Shown here: piece by piece, positions 23,601 through 38,600 of the stretch | Numbering within the stretch: the first letter of the stretch is position 1 | Layout of the letters: each line of letters starts with the position of its first letter | DNA from: Eledone cirrhosa | Lineage: Eukaryota | Length of the DNA: 64,000 nucleotides | Direction: 5' to 3' | Assembly (NCBI GenBank): GCA_964016885.1 | Contig: OZ024746.1 | Location: 43,772,001 to 43,836,000, forward strand | Position numbers and translations under genes: made by a program | The notes under the pieces: generated by a model | Seen by the model: only the letters and a program-made list of their open reading frames with translations | Told to the model about the DNA's origin: nothing | Databases searched by the model: none

Positions 23601-26600
23601 AAAATATGAACACTACCATAAATTTATGAAGAGACTTTTATTAGGTTACAGAATGTGAATAATTAGATAATGTTTTTTATGTATAAAATCTTGAGTAAGA
23701 AATTAAAATATCATCAGATATAATTGCTTGGCTAGTAGAAATGAATAATTATAAAGCAATGAACAAGGATAATAACCAGAGACTTACTTTTTGGCTTCCT
23801 TGGCCAACACTTATATAGAATTGTAGCAGGTGAATTATCATGAGTTAGCAGTTCTTGGTAGCTATAATGTTATTTTCTATTTAATAGATTTTTTATATCT
23901 ATGAAAAGAGCTACAGATGTAATACATACATTCATAAAAACTGAGCTTTCGTATTCAAGTTAATCTATTCCCAACTTTCCACAGCCTGCTGTGCTAGTAC
24001 ATAACTTTGATATCTGTATCATAACGCTCTTCAATCGACTGAGTGTTTATACACGTTACCTAATCTTAGTATATGATCTGTTTGACAAGCTAAACTTAAT
24101 AGCTGAAATGCATTGTAAGATGGTGCTTGAATATAGACAGGATAGTCATAACTGGAATGCTTATTTGGGGCTAAACAGCAACACTGAAACATAGAATATA
24201 ATATTCTTAAAGATACAAATATATATATATATATATATGAACTCACAATCTATAAACTCAGACATACCAGTTTTATTAGTTAAGATTTCACAAGTTAAAA
24301 TGATTTTAGAAATAGTAAAAGTAAAGTAAAACCTATTTTTATACAGAGTAGGTTTTGAGCGTAACTATGACAAGTTCTTCGATATAGAAGCAGATGTGAA
24401 AAGAGCATCATCTAATATCTCTAGTATCAAATATTAATATGCATCAACCTATGTTTTTGTATTGGAAATTCCTCAGTTTTGTTTTTACTTTTTTATTGGA
24501 ATAAGGGAAAATAAATAGATACATACACTAGAGAGGCATTTTCAATACAGAAGAGAAATAGATGCATTAGTTTGATAAAAATAATATTTGTTTTAAATTT
24601 TGTAGTTCAATAGCAAAAGGAGAAATATGCCCAAAAAATTATGTAACAAATTGAATTAGTCTATTGAAAATATGAAATATGCTGAATGTAAGATTACAAA
24701 ACAGTGAGAATTATAGAAAATCGGAGAAAAAAACAAATTCAAAAAGGGAGTATTGCATAGGCAAATGTTTCTCAAAGTCAGACATGATTGCTTCTATTGG
24801 AAATATTCTTTCCAACATTCTTTTAATAGATTTTATTATTGGATAAAGATAATCTGCTTTTAACATTCTTTTTGTGTTGTTTTACAAAGCTCTTATTTTG
24901 CTAGCTTCTACCCACAACTTGAAAATATGTTTTTGCAATATCTATCACCATAAAACCGTAACATCTAAATATTTCCCCATAAGCAACCTTTGTGTTTTTT
25001 ACTTTCCAGACAAATTCTTAATGCACTTGGAGTCAATAAATACTTTACAAGTATCTTCCCTAATTTAACTTTAATATTTTATTGCTAAACACTGCAAGAG
25101 CAATTTCCACACCTTATACAAAAATAATCATATTTATAGAAAATCTAGATAGAAAATACAAACAACTTTTGGAAAATGAATTAATACCTAATCACTGGCA
25201 TTGACGAGTTTGTCAAGTCTATTTAACTCAATCTGAAAATAAGTACTACTTCTGATTTTATACCAAAACTAGATAAATAAACATTAAATATTCAATGCAT
25301 AAAAAGTCTATAAAATAATCAAATTAAACTCAATAAATTTACTTATTGTAAGCTATTTAAAAGTAATGGGAAAAAAAATCAAAAATGTGTTTCTACTCTA
25401 AGGAAAACAAATTACTTTAAATATATAACAAATCCGTGTGAAAATAGTTACAGGATTTAAGATACATATTATTCCACTTTGTTATAAGAATTTTAGAGAC
25501 TTATATAAGCTACTTCAGAACTACATTTCTAAAGTAAAGTTTAACAAATGTGTTATATATAGCATATTTTCAAAGCAAATAACAATTTTAAACTAGTAAA
25601 AAACATCAGAATGTATAGCAAAATACATTTAGATAATATTTTTCATACTAACTGCTTCTGATTTTATGACATCACATTTTCACAAAAAAAAAAAAAGTAT
25701 TAGATATGTTTTTAAAAATGCATAGCATATCAGTCATGAATTTGACACAGAGTTATCTAAATCTAGAAGGAACTGAATAATTGATGTAAGTTTGCAGCTA
25801 AAGTTTGTTTTTTTAGTTTATCTTCACTGCAATAGTTAATGAGTTAAGGATGAAAAATTACAAACAAAAAACCCCAGAAGAAATGAAATATATGACAGGT
25901 CATTGGAATTCAGTTTGATGTAATATCTTACACCTTAAGTCATTCTTGTAAATGACATTTGTAAAATATTTCACTGCATCAACATGGGATATTGCAAAAT
26001 TAAAATGACACAACTGTCATATTCAAATGTTAACAAATTTATTCTAGAAATGAAAGAGATTGAAACGATTAAGAACATGGAAGCAAAATTAAGATATAAG
26101 TACAAAATCAATAGGCAGGCAATTTTTCTATGGAATATATAAATTCAAAGGATTGATTATGCTAAGTAAACAATTGTAGATCAGAAAATAATATCCTTAT
26201 TAAAAGGTTTGCATAAAGATTATCAAAAAATGAAAAGGAGGAATTGAAATTAATTAGAAGGAAATAACCATAATAATGATTTCTCAAATAGGCCCAGATT
26301 CATTATTTAAAATACTTTGATAAAATAAATAAAACATATTATTAATAATAATGATTTCTCACTTTGGCACAAGACCAAATATTTGTCAAGCAGTGTTATA
26401 GTTGATTGGATTCATCCCATTATATTAATTTTCTTCCTTTTCCAGTTCCAATAGAATAAAAATAAATGGTTACCACAGTGAGATCAGAGTAGAAAAGGAT
26501 ATAACTAAATATTTACATTACTTTTTCACACTTCTGTTAAAGTATATAAGTGATATTCATTCTTTAAATATTTAACTCTCTTCATATTAACACCCAACTA

Positions 26601-26629
26601 TGCAATGAGAAAAGCTACATTTGCTCATC

Positions 26630-26720
26630 AAACAGGATTCACACTACACCCTCAATGCATCTCTAGATAGCCAGAAATAACAATAACTGATGCTGATTTT
26701 GCAGATGATATTGCACTGCA
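26630..26720 (+). mobile_element. Short RTE reverse-transcriptase fragment
   Basis: GFTLHPQCISR*PEITITDADFADDIAL. Confidence 0.7.
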
Positions 26721-26722
26721 CC

Positions 26723-26980
26723 CTCATCATCACTGTTTTACGTCAATTATTCCATGATAGTGTGGGTTAGACGGGTTATGGGCAATGCCAGGTCAGGTGA
26801 TCATGTCTTGCTCATACAGAACTAATTTTGGCTTGATTTCTACAGATGGATGCCCTTCCTAACACCAACCTCATTTACAGTGAGTACTGGGTGCTTTTTT
26901 ACCATGGCGCCTACACAAGCAGTTTACAGAGTGGACTGGGTGCTTTTTTGTCATGACAGCTATACGATCACTTTACAGTA
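26723..26980 (-). mobile_element. SINE 3' part with RTE-type tail (same family as 13640-13892)
   Basis: Reverse-complement match including GGATGCCCTTCCTAAC and the internal repeats. Confidence 0.8.
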
Positions 26981-27759
26981 GAAGGGGGTGAGGGCATACT
27001 GTCTATATGCTTCAGCTTGTACCCATGAGAAATCGGATCTTCTGTATTACTACAGGTCTCGGTCGCGTGTGTGTGTGTATGTGTGTTCCTTCGGTTGAAA
27101 CGTTTTTTCAAATATTTACTTCTGCATCCACAGGTTGATTTTTCGCAGTTTCAGAAGATCCTGTAAAGGGTGAAAGCAGCCATTCTTTGCTTAAACTTTA
27201 ATCTGTATTTATAATAAATTACAGAGAGATAATAATGTCATAAAAAGAATATATATATTTTCTTTTACATATAATGAAACATGATTTATGACCAATAAGG
27301 ATTCAATGGAATATATGTTATTCATGCATCAAACTTACAACAATTCTGTAAGTCAACAAGTATGCTTTTCAATTGCAAGTGGAATAAATGTATATTTTTT
27401 CATATAATTACATATATGAATTGGCATCTTATTAGATTTGAATGAGAATAGTGTGAACAGTATTTTAAAAATTCTTTTCCTCAAATTTTATTCTTAAACA
27501 TAACACTATATTTATATAATGGTATTTTGCTTTTACTGTAATAGCTTTTGGAAATGTAGCTACATCAAACTGATGTTATTTAAATTGAATACTTGTTTTT
27601 CAAAATTAAACAGGGCAACATTTTAAAAGAACAGTATTTGCATATTTTCAGAAAATTCAATAAAATCCAACTAGTCAATTATTATTTAAAATAAATACTG
27701 TGTAATATAAGTAGATCACTAGTATGGGATTAACTTAACAATCGTTAGACTACCTGAAA

Positions 27760-30050
27760 AATAAAATCTGCAGAGAATATTCTCTATATTAATGATCTTC
27801 ACCATCTGTTAATTTTAATAAATACTTAACAAAGTATTTAGTCTTTCTTCCTCGATAGCTGATTTATGCTGTTTTCAGCCCAGTGATTGTTCATTTGTTA
27901 CTGACCTGGGAAGTAGAGAAAGTTGTAACTATGAATTCACACAAATATTTGGGAAGAAACATATGGATCTGTGAAAACAGTGAAAACCGTCTTAGAAATA
28001 TTATTAGAATGTATGTTTAGTTAAACATCAACTTCCTGACAAAAAGAATCTGGATGTAACATTTCCTCTCCATATTGGGTTTTGATTGATGTTAAAATTA
28101 GGATTGTAATACATTTGTGTTTATAGAGCACAAGATGCTGAGTTTCTTGCATAGGTATTAAGTCAACATGAAATTTTGCTTTTAGTCAGATGTGATCAAT
28201 AAAAAGGTAATAAAAGCAGTTCCTCAGTAATTTCATTTACAATCGTTTTGCTCATTTATAAATATCATGAAGTATACAGTCCTGTCATTGTCTGCATAGA
28301 TTGATATGAATGTTTGCACTTGACCATACATAGCTACTATGTCAAACTAAGGCAATTGTAAAATAAATGATAAAGTTCAGTAAAATCCAGATAAAATCTT
28401 AGTGATTACCTGTAAGGCTAGTAGAAAATATCACAAAATGTGTATGAGATGACATCACTATCAGATTTAGCATAGTGAATATATCTGTATAATGAGTAAC
28501 TGTCCAAGAAAGAAAGTATATTAAGAAAACTACCTGGTTTTAGAAAGGGTTGTCAGAGTTGACCTTTGATTTTTTAATAAATCATTTCAGCTTCATGTAT
28601 CAAGTCAGAATTGAATTTTTCAGTTTTGTTATTTATGTCTTGTGGGCATCTTTACACAATATTTTTATGTTTACCATTATCTAAAAGAAACTATGAAAAT
28701 CTTACCAATATAGCTTTGTTGTTTTTTTTGTTTTTTTTTTTTGGGGGGGGGGGGGGGGTTTCATTATTATTAATTGAATTCAAAGGGAATAATAATGCAC
28801 AAAATCTTTCATTTGGTGTATGTAGCTTGAACTCTTTTCTGAATCCAATTTATTTTGCCACATATGATGGAACAACCAATATATACCTGTCCACATAATT
28901 TGTCTGTCTTTAAAATTTCGAGCAATGGCATTTCTTAGTGATTTTGCATTTGTTTTGGCAACTTTCATAAGCTCCAGAAAAATTTAATATTATCTTCATT
29001 GTCAATGCAGCTGATGCATATAGAAAGTTGTAATTTAATAGATACATCTTGTGCTTCATAAACAGTCACTAACCAAAAATGACTTCCTCCAGGTCAGTGA
29101 CAACAAATGATGAATTTGTGATGACAGAGTTGTTGCGTTCTTTTATTTTATTTGCATTTCTACAAATGCTTTCCTAAAATGATATTAAACTCAGTGTTCC
29201 CTCAATGAAATACTGAAGTTACCGGATTTCCATTTTTTCCTCTGTATCATATGAACCACATAACGGTGCATTCATTTTGGCTAGCTTAATAATTACATTA
29301 AGTATTGACAGATTTTGTTTCTTTGTTTTGTTTGATAAACTTATTTTATGAAGTATGCAATTTTTCTTGTATAAACAATGTTTTCCATCAAAATGATGAA
29401 GAATTTGTAACACAGTGAAGTGCATTGCCTTTGTGTTTGATGCTTTTTGCATGGCTGTTAATCATACCACATTTATCACTTCAGGCATTTTTCCAATCAC
29501 AGAATGGAACATTTGCAGATTCATGCAATGCATTCCATCAACTTCTGTTGAATATCCTAATCACTGGGCTTCCATTTCTCATACTTACAAACACCTTTGC
29601 TTACTACTATTCATTGGAAAGAGAATGTTGCTTGGAAGATGATATGCATTTGTGAATTATGAGATGATATCATATTTTATGTTTGCATTTATTTAGCATA
29701 GTGAATGAAGGAAAGTGGATTAATGCATCCATTGATGAATTGTTAGCATTTAAATTTGGAACTAGATTCTGCTTTGTCCTCATCTAAATTGTTATAAGCA
29801 AGGTATATACTTTTTATATGGAGACGCATCATTACTGAGATTTATACAATAGTCTATGACATGTGAACAGAGAGTGTTTATCGTTAGAGATATTGTCAAG
29901 GAGAAAGGCAGAATTACAAGTATAGCCAGCAGATTTTAAAACACAATCTTTGTCATTAGAAACATTGTCAAGGAGATTGGCATATTTAGAGAGAATGTTG
30001 TCATCAGTAAGACTTGGAAAAGAAAGTTGATACATTTTGATTCAGCAAAT
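27760..30050 (-). pseudogene. Decayed hAT transposase (Tip100/ZMYM1-like)
   Basis: Collinear motifs in broken frames: PFCDWKNA..HAKSIKH; NLSILNVIIKLAKMNAPLCG..GN; NATTLSSQI; FLELMKVAKTNAKSL; dimerisation-like FFPNI...LP...EEERLNTL..INIENILCRF. Confidence 0.75.
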
Positions 30051-30772
30051 ATCTAGACTTTGCTTTCTGATTCTCAGCTGTAGATAATTGTTTTACTTAA
30101 AATAAAATATATAACTTATCACTGGCGGATTTAAAGAAGACCCAAAAGGTATACGAGTCTCAAGAAGTTATTTATTACTTTTCATTGGTATCTCTGTAAT
30201 ATTTGTTAGATAGCTATGAAAGCTGGTCGTTAGGTGAAATAACCTACTTAGAACATATTTTGTTATTGATGATTAATTTCTGTAAAATGTATGAGGTCAG
30301 ATGAAAAAGTGATGCTAAACCTTTGCATCCCTTATTAATAACTGCAGTGTTTCCAGGGAATGTTGAAGTATACACTCGTTGAATGACCAAATGAGATTTA
30401 TCTTTTCAGCTGACCCTCATAGATATCACAACAATATGGTTTGATAACTGTTTTTATAACAAATATCTAATCACGTTACAAAGAAAAACTTCATATGCCA
30501 TACAAGGATTTCTTTTCCCTTTTAAAATATTCTCTCAAGGTTCTTTAGAAAATACATGAAAAAAAAAAATCCATTTTCAACATCAAATATACTTATGGTC
30601 TGAGAGTGCCATAAACTCATTTTAAATTTATTGAACTGAGACTTTTGATGAAATAAAAATATGAAACTATTCAGAATACCAAGCATATTTAATCTTGAAG
30701 TATTTTCAAACAGAACATATACATAATATAGACATTAATAATTCGAGTATCATGTTATAGCATCAATACATT

Positions 30773-31080
30773 TTTTAGAATAGTGAATTTATTGTGGGAG
30801 TAATATGTCTTACAAAAGCTGAATTTAGAATAGGACTGTATTGTTAGTGGTGCAACGTTTGCATCAAAATCTATTTTAGAAAATTAATATTCTTGCAGGA
30901 ACAGTGTGTGAGCGTCAAAAGTAGTTTTAGAATAGTATTGTTTGGATTGTAATGTGCATAAAAAGCTGTTTATAGAAAAGCGAATAATTGTTAGAGGCTC
31001 AACATGTGTCAAGATATTTTTTAGAATATTATAGTATTGCTAGGGGTGTAAAGTGTGCACAGAAACAAATTTAGAGTAGT
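30773..31080. repeat. Degenerate ~49-bp minisatellite, ~6 units
   Basis: Units start TTTAGAATA(G), with TATTG(T/C)TAG..G..AA.GTGTGCA.AAAA. Confidence 0.7.
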
Positions 31081-31125
31081 TTGAGGCAGTTTCAAAGAAA
31101 AAAAAATTAATTTCAGTGAGTTGTT

Positions 31126-31600
31126 TTGCCATGGGGAGTCCAACTATCGTGTCAGATATTTGTTCTTTTTTTTAAAGATAATGTGGAAGCCTTATCACCT
31201 ATGTCACAAAACTGTGGATACAGAAGTGATGGAGTGGTGTGGAGGGGTAGTTGTGAGGCACATGGGAAAAACCTTTGTGTGAGAGGTGGTATGTGTATAG
31301 TACGTAAAATAAAGGAAGAGCTGTATGGTGGGGGAATGAAGTTTAAGGAAAGGGGATCAAAGATTCTAGCAGGGTGAAGGTCTGGTGAAATGGAGGCCAA
31401 GTAGGTGAGGCAGAAAATAACTGAGAAAGTTGGTTAGAGATGCAATGAATAACAGGAAATATAAACCATAACACATTCAAAACAAGAGAAGAGGAAGGGA
31501 ATGAAATATAAGGAGTGATTAAAACAAAGAATTCAGCTGTGATGCAGTTGCACACTTGTCACTTGTGACATGGTGTAAGTGGGAAGGTAAGCAGGTGAAA
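31126..31600 (-). mobile_element. Penelope-like element, N-terminal ORF fragment
   Basis: ISPDL..LSLNFIPPP...RFF...SWTP resembles the PLE pre-RT region (LSxGLxFxP...FFRR...SxWTP). Confidence 0.55.
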
Positions 31601-33494
31601 GCATGGATTGGTATAGTCAGGTAGGATGAGTTGGTCCTTGTAAATATAGTGTCTGCCATTGGAATCATGACTGGCTGACAATATCTTAATCAGAAGTCTG
31701 TGGCCATCATGCTTGGCTGGCCTCTGTTCATGGTGCTGTCAATGCAGCAGTTGGAGGCAGCTCCACCTATCCTGAGTGACTGCTAACACTGAAGTACAAG
31801 TAAAGAGTTCTAGAAAGAATTGAAACTGATTCACAATGAAATTTCCCCAACAGCACTGACCACAAATAAAATCCCTTTGCTTCCCACGGCACATTTTCAG
31901 TACATTTTCATCTCATATCAACATACGAAAATGGATGATGTTCATTATGATCAGACTGGTGATGATATAAACTTTGTTGTAAAATGGCTGAACATTTTAC
32001 ATCACTGAATTTTACAATATTTTACAAATTGATAATGTGCATGTGAATATTTAATCTTTTTTTATTTAATAGAAATTGCTTAGTTTTAATAACAATGAAT
32101 TTTGTTATTTCTACAACTGCATTCTCTTTGCTTACATATGAAATAAAATAAACTTGTAATTCTATATAATTTCAATTGTTTTCTCTCTTTTGCAAAACCT
32201 ATAATGCAATAATATTTGTTTATATATTATATATGATTGTTTGTATTCCATCTTTAACTTGTAATAATATTCATGTCACAAGTGTTTTAAACATTATGAA
32301 ATTTTTAAAACTAACCACCTTATTCATAGACAATAATGATATTACTATTCAATAAAAAATATTAGTTCTTCCTGGAATTTGAGGAATGAAATACCAAATA
32401 TTTTTCAAATAACTAATGACATCACAGAAGATACATATTTGTATTGCAGTATACTGAATCAGAATTGTTGTTTCTTTCAGTCATATAGATTGCTCAACAT
32501 TTTATCAATAAACTGTTTCAATGTAGCATTCTCATTTCTGACATCTGTGTATCTAAAGGGTTTCCTTTTTTTACACATTAACAAATGACATGCATTTACA
32601 CATGCTAAATATTGCTTTACTTTGAATCAAGGAGCCATATTTTAAACATTTCATATGACACAAGTGTTAAATAGTAGTTTCTTTTTGTAATTTGATGCTT
32701 CATTCCATAAATTAGAAAGCATACACAAATAAAATTATCAAGTTTATAATATTATAGATTTTTTGCCATAGGTTAATATAGCCAATTCAGTTTTTATAGA
32801 TCTATCTGGAGAAAAATATATGTATAACCATAGTTGTAAGAGATGTTATGAGTATGACTATTCTACTTCTCAGCTAGGCAAATATTATATTTTGCTTAAT
32901 ACCTTGCTATAATTACCTATCTTGTTTCAAATGTACATTTCATCTGATAAAACATCCACTTTAAAAGTTAATCAACAGGTAGCAATGATATAACATGAAA
33001 ATTTCATTTTATTTCATAAAAATATCTTGTATTTCAAGGCTTTGTTTTCTTGGGGAGATTGATATATATAAAATGATATTTGGAAATATTGCAATATTTA
33101 TTATAAAAAAAAAAAAGGTTCACATTGTAATTCTAACTACTTTATTTTAACAGCAATCAAACTTGAGGTTCAATAGGTGTAATATTAAATCATATGTTCA
33201 TAGGTTCTTACATAAATAAACCATTAAAGCTACATAACTATTTTAAACTATGTTTCTTGAGGAGTGGGCAAGTAAGAATTATTTTAGATTCTCTTGTCAA
33301 GAGCCCAAGTCCAGTTGAAATTTGAAAGGTGAGAGAAATGTGAAATCAATTTTGCTTTTTTATTATTTGTTTCTGGGGATTTACACAAAGTGATTTAGGC
33401 AATATTTTTTGTATAAATGGCTGAAGTGTTAAAGTGGAGATTTGAGCTTTAGTTGTGAAAAGGATGTAGGACATCAGCACATACATCAAGATGC

Positions 33495-33920
33495 ACTTTT
33501 ACACCAGCATTGTACTTTCCATCGCCATCTACACCTGTGATATATGAAAACATACCCCAAGATGAATAGGCATTTAAACACTTTCCCATCAAAGGTGCCT
33601 ACATAAGATTCTAAAGGTCATCTGGTGAGACAAGTGTAGGAATGAAGAGATCCTGCAGAATCATCACAGAGAGGCGTTTCAACTTTGTGGGTCACATTCA
33701 GCAGCTCTCAGAATATCACTCATCCAAAACGGTGATGACAGGGACTTCCCCTGAGGGCTAGCAGAAAAGAGGCTGACTGAAGATGACTTGGCAGCAAACA
33801 TTCCAATGTGACCTACAAACAGTCAAAATCACTGGGCATGGATATCAATGAGCTGCTGCCAATCGACAGCATTGGAGACAGTTGGTTAACTTATATTCCC
33901 GATGGAACAAGCTGGATTAA
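33495..33920 (+). mobile_element. RTE LINE 3' fragment
   Basis: FYTSIVL..HQRCLHKILKVIW*DKCRNEEIL..RRFNFVGHI..TWQQT..AANRQHWRQLV. Confidence 0.8.
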
Positions 33921-34755
33921 GAGAATTATTTTTTGGCAATGATTAAAGAAAACTAAAGGAGTAACTCAAGTTGAAAAGAAAACAATAATGTTTCATTTAG
34001 ATATCAAACTTCCATAGGAACAAAGCCTCATTTTAAATTACAATTGTTCATGTTCAACAGTTTTTCATATATCTTTAATTTGTTACCATAATTTTAAAAT
34101 TATGAATGGACTCCTACATCTGTTTCAGTTACTGTGTTGTATTTCTGGCTAAAAGTTTATATTCCTCAGAGTATTTAACCAATACCTGATGCTACTCTTA
34201 ATGTATTAATGAGTGGTAAATATATTTTTGGCAACCATAAGTAAATACACACATATTGGTAGAAAATGCAAATAAAAGAGTCTGAAAATTAAAAATGAGA
34301 AAATATATGAATGAAGAAAAGTAAAATATTAAGATGACTTAGCAAGAAATGGTATCTTTAAAAAGCATCATATTTTGAAGAAGATCGTCAACACACATTC
34401 ACTAATAAGTATAATCATGATATATATGATATATTTGTATAAATGATAGAATGTTCCCTTCAGGCTACAACAATATACCTCAGGGTTTTTATTAAACTAT
34501 GTTTTTTTCTTATAAGATTAAAATATTTTGGCTCTTAAAATGATTAATATCTATAGAAAAGTTTGTACATACTGCTTGGAGGAAAATTTACTTTTCTTAT
34601 AATGTACCTAATTGAATAATAGATCGAAAACAAAACAGATTTCATTTTCTTTTCTAAATATAGGTTTATATTGTTTATCTTTTATATATTTTGTAATTCC
34701 TCAAGTCTTTATATCGTATTTTAAAAAGGAAAACTAAAAATTCACTCCTATTGTT

Positions 34756-35600
34756 TTTCTATCTTCCAAAATAGACAAATAAAATTTTAAAATCTAAATT
34801 ATCATCATCATCTTTCAGCAACGGTACAGGACTACAGTATGCCTCCATCTGATATTTTCCTGAGCTAGATTAGCAATATCCTCTTATCCTACCAGCTGGT
34901 TTTATTTGCCTAGCAGCTTTGGAATGTGCACTGGATACTGTCTCTTCTATCAGCCTGGATTTTTCCCACTATCTTGTGAGATGTACATTATGTATTTGTG
35001 CAAGGGGTTTATTCTGAAAATGTCAGTATGTCACAGATATCTGACCAAGTGAATGAGAAACAATGTTTTTATCATTTCTCTTGATTTCCACTTGTCACAG
35101 CATCCAGAGATGAGGCAATCCCTAGACACAAACATCTTATACAACATCAAGAAAAAAGTCATTTGATTGATTGGTAAATCTTTACACACTAGCCAATCAC
35201 AACGATTATCCCTAATGAGCTGACTTGCTCTATATCTCACATTTTCACTGCAATTATCAACCTCTAAGAGTTAAGCTAAACACCAACCTCACATGCTAGG
35301 GAATGTCTATAGGTATTATGATTATTGTCCTTCTTTTAATACAAAAAGGTTATTTATTATATTTATTATTAATAATTTATCCATGCATGTGTGTACAAAA
35401 GATAAAAGTGTATTACTAAAATTACTACATCTTCTGAAGCTACTAGGCAAATAAAACCAGTTGGTAGGATCTGAGGATATTGCCAATCTAGTTAAGGAAA
35501 ATGTCAGATGGAGGCATACTGTAGTCCTGTACAGTTGCTGAAAGATGATGATGATCATTTAGATTTTAAAATTTTATTTGCCTATTTTTTAAGATAGAAA
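34756..35600. repeat. Inverted duplication (34756-34919 / 35437-35600)
   Basis: 164-bp arms, 13 mismatches, no gaps, 517-nt spacer. Confidence 0.92.
34800..35270 (-). mobile_element. Old RTE-like LINE 3' fragment with (GAT)n tail
   Basis: ..EDIANLAQENIRWRHTV.. then GATGATGAT. Confidence 0.5.
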
Positions 35601-38600
35601 TTCAACAAAAGTCTACAAATTAAGTTAAAATAATATTTTGTCTACTCTTTTGTCTGAGAAATAATTACTATATTCCACAGCTTATAAGCACACTTTTTAT
35701 TAAAGACACATGTCCTAGAAAAACAACCTGAATCTTATGATATCAACACATGCTCAAGGTGAAGTTGACTAGAGAGTAGTGGTTCAGGTGCCATACCTCA
35801 TGGTACAAAATTATTTTCTGGGGTTATCAGTATTTTCTAAGGTATCAATGCATATCAATTGTACTTACATGATATCAAATAACATCAGCCAGAGGAAGAA
35901 TTATGTGACAGTACTGGACCATATACATAAACAAACTAATAATTGGTTATATACCAAACTTTATCACCTGTGTCAATCACATTAGTTCATAGAGTTACCA
36001 AGTAAACATGCTTACAAAATTACTTGTGTTACAAGAAATAACACATACCAAATTTTGAACTTGATGTGTCAGTTTCTGGTTAGGAATAAAATATCATATA
36101 ACAGTAGGGTAAATGATGTTTTTTTATAATAAGAGAATGCAGTGAAAACTTTAGAATGTTTCTTATCCCAGATTCTCAGACACTGGAATGAATCAGTCAT
36201 CTTCATAATTATTATACTATTTTTCAAGAAAATGTTACAGGCAGATAGACTTTGATATCAAATTTTGGGGTAAAAAAGTACATCTAATACACAGGAAAAT
36301 AGAATACATTTGTGTATTCCAATTTAAATGTCCTTTACAATAGTAGCAGAGATGAACCACTTAACAAAATGTAATCAAAGGAAAAAAAGAAAACAAACAA
36401 AACCAGAACATTTGATCATAATGATTGTTTTTAATTTAGACATAAGGTCAACAGTGGAAAGGAGAATTATTTAAATCAACCCTGGTGCTTGATAGGTATT
36501 TTATTTTATCTACACCTGAAACAATGACGTATAAAGAGTTGGAAGAAATATCACAAAGCATTTCTTACATTGATCTAGCAAATACACTGTTTTAATCATG
36601 GAGATAATGAGAATGGAGTAAGCTATATAATATATTGACAAATAACTCATTTTATTTATTTAATAACATTTTAAATATCTTTATATTTCATAATATAACT
36701 GTATATATCTATAACTAGTAGTTTTAATCATTCATGCTGGCATGGCTTGAACAGGTTGTCACGGCTTGACTCTAAAGAGGTTGGAGACAACATCTTGCTC
36801 ATAAATTCCATATTTGGCATGGTTTATATAGCTGGTTGCCTTTCCTAATACTAACCATTTTTCATGATTTAGTGGGTACATTTTATCATAGCTTGAACAA
36901 TTTAGAGAGTGAACTGAATATATTTTATCATATCAGCACTAATATATTGATAAATAAAAATTTATTTTTTTAACCAATTTAAAATCAAATTGGAACATAT
37001 TTTACTTGGAAACATAGTAATGAAAAGGTTAAGGCATTTTAAATGGAAATTAGCAAGTTCTTTTTTATAATGGATGCATCAAACTTTAAAATAACATGAC
37101 AGTGGGGAAAGCTGTAAAGATAAGTGGTTTTCTGTCAATGTATAACCTGTAAAAATTGCAATGCATTGTGTACACCTTACAAGCAATCAAATTTAGTAGC
37201 AACTACATAGTAAAAAAATGAATTAATAATCTTTACATCTGGTCACTTTCGTCTATTGTGAAAATACTAGAAAATCATAGTTTTGTTTTCCATTAGAAAA
37301 TACAATATGAATGAAGCTTTTAGATAATTACTCAACAACCAGAATTTTCTATGCTTTCTTCTAATTCACTTTTACAGTTTGGTTTTCTGTGATTGGTCTT
37401 TTAAGATAGCATGTTTCATTTAGCATTTATAACTTTATTCATTCTTTCTGTAATTCTTTTTTCTTTGAGGTCATCCTACTTGCATATTTTCATTCAAAGA
37501 GTATAATTGAAAAATACTATATGTGACATCCCTAATATTTTTTAACAAAATCAATTTGAATTTTGTATATTGTAAACATACGAGGATAAACAATATAAAA
37601 TTTGATGTAGACACATAAATTTATCGATTTTTCTAGGTATTTAGAATTGCAAATTTATTAGGAGACATTGACAAATATTCATTTGCTTATTTTTTTAAAG
37701 CATAAAAACTGTTATATAAATTTTTTTTAAATGAATCATTTTTATAACTGATTTTCATTTACTAAACTACTGTCAAACCAGATATACTTTGACATACATT
37801 ATGCAACCTCTTTTATTTAGTTTCTTAAATAAGAAACATTTGTTACTTTCTATAATGTGTTAAATTAAGATGCAAAGCATCTCATTTATGAAGGGAAGGT
37901 ATAATTTCAAATGCTGGATTAAGTTTCAAAGGAATAAAACAATAATAATTATCATAAATAGGAAGTAAATAATTAGTGAACATGAATATTCCTTTTAGTT
38001 TAATCATTTTATGTTAGAATAGAATTTGTATCCAGATGTGATCAATGGATTCAGGTTTATTTCCATACGAAAATTGTTAAGATTTATCTAGAGATAAACA
38101 GCCCTTAAGAAATGTGTATAATAAAATTTGAGTTGTTTCTAAAACAGTGTTATTGCTGCAAGTACTTCACTATGAATGTGTGAATCCTAATCTCTGTAAA
38201 TTATATAATCTTTTCATTATATTGCTGTAGGGGTGTCATTTCCACACTTTGATTCATCAACAATGAAAAAAGAATATTCTTTGTTCTTCCCTCAGATTTT
38301 CTTTTCTCCTTAGATTTCCAGTGATAATTACTAAAATCCTCAACAATATCCTTCTCAAGAAAAGAAATGATCACAATAGTTCAAATACCTTCAGAAGAGT
38401 AAATATCAAAACACTTTTCTTAGGAAGACTTTGGCTTTTATTGAATAGTCACAACTTATTCAATAAAAGAGACATTGAAAATGTTAAAAGGACCTATTGC
38501 AAAAGATTAAACAGATGTATGCATGCATACACACAAATACATGCATATAGATTATTATTTTAACATTAGGTATGAGGTATGACTCAGATAACAGCAAGTA

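Noticed and set aside
25730-26220. Possible mariner transposase relic (also 43600-43770)
   Set aside because: Only faint motif echoes; not supportable without a search
28731-28758. T12-G16 homopolymer (possible G4)
   Set aside because: Simple slippage tract inside a dead transposase; length may be unreliable
30773-31080. CRISPR-like periodicity
   Set aside because: Eukaryotic context, units diverged throughout, no cas genes
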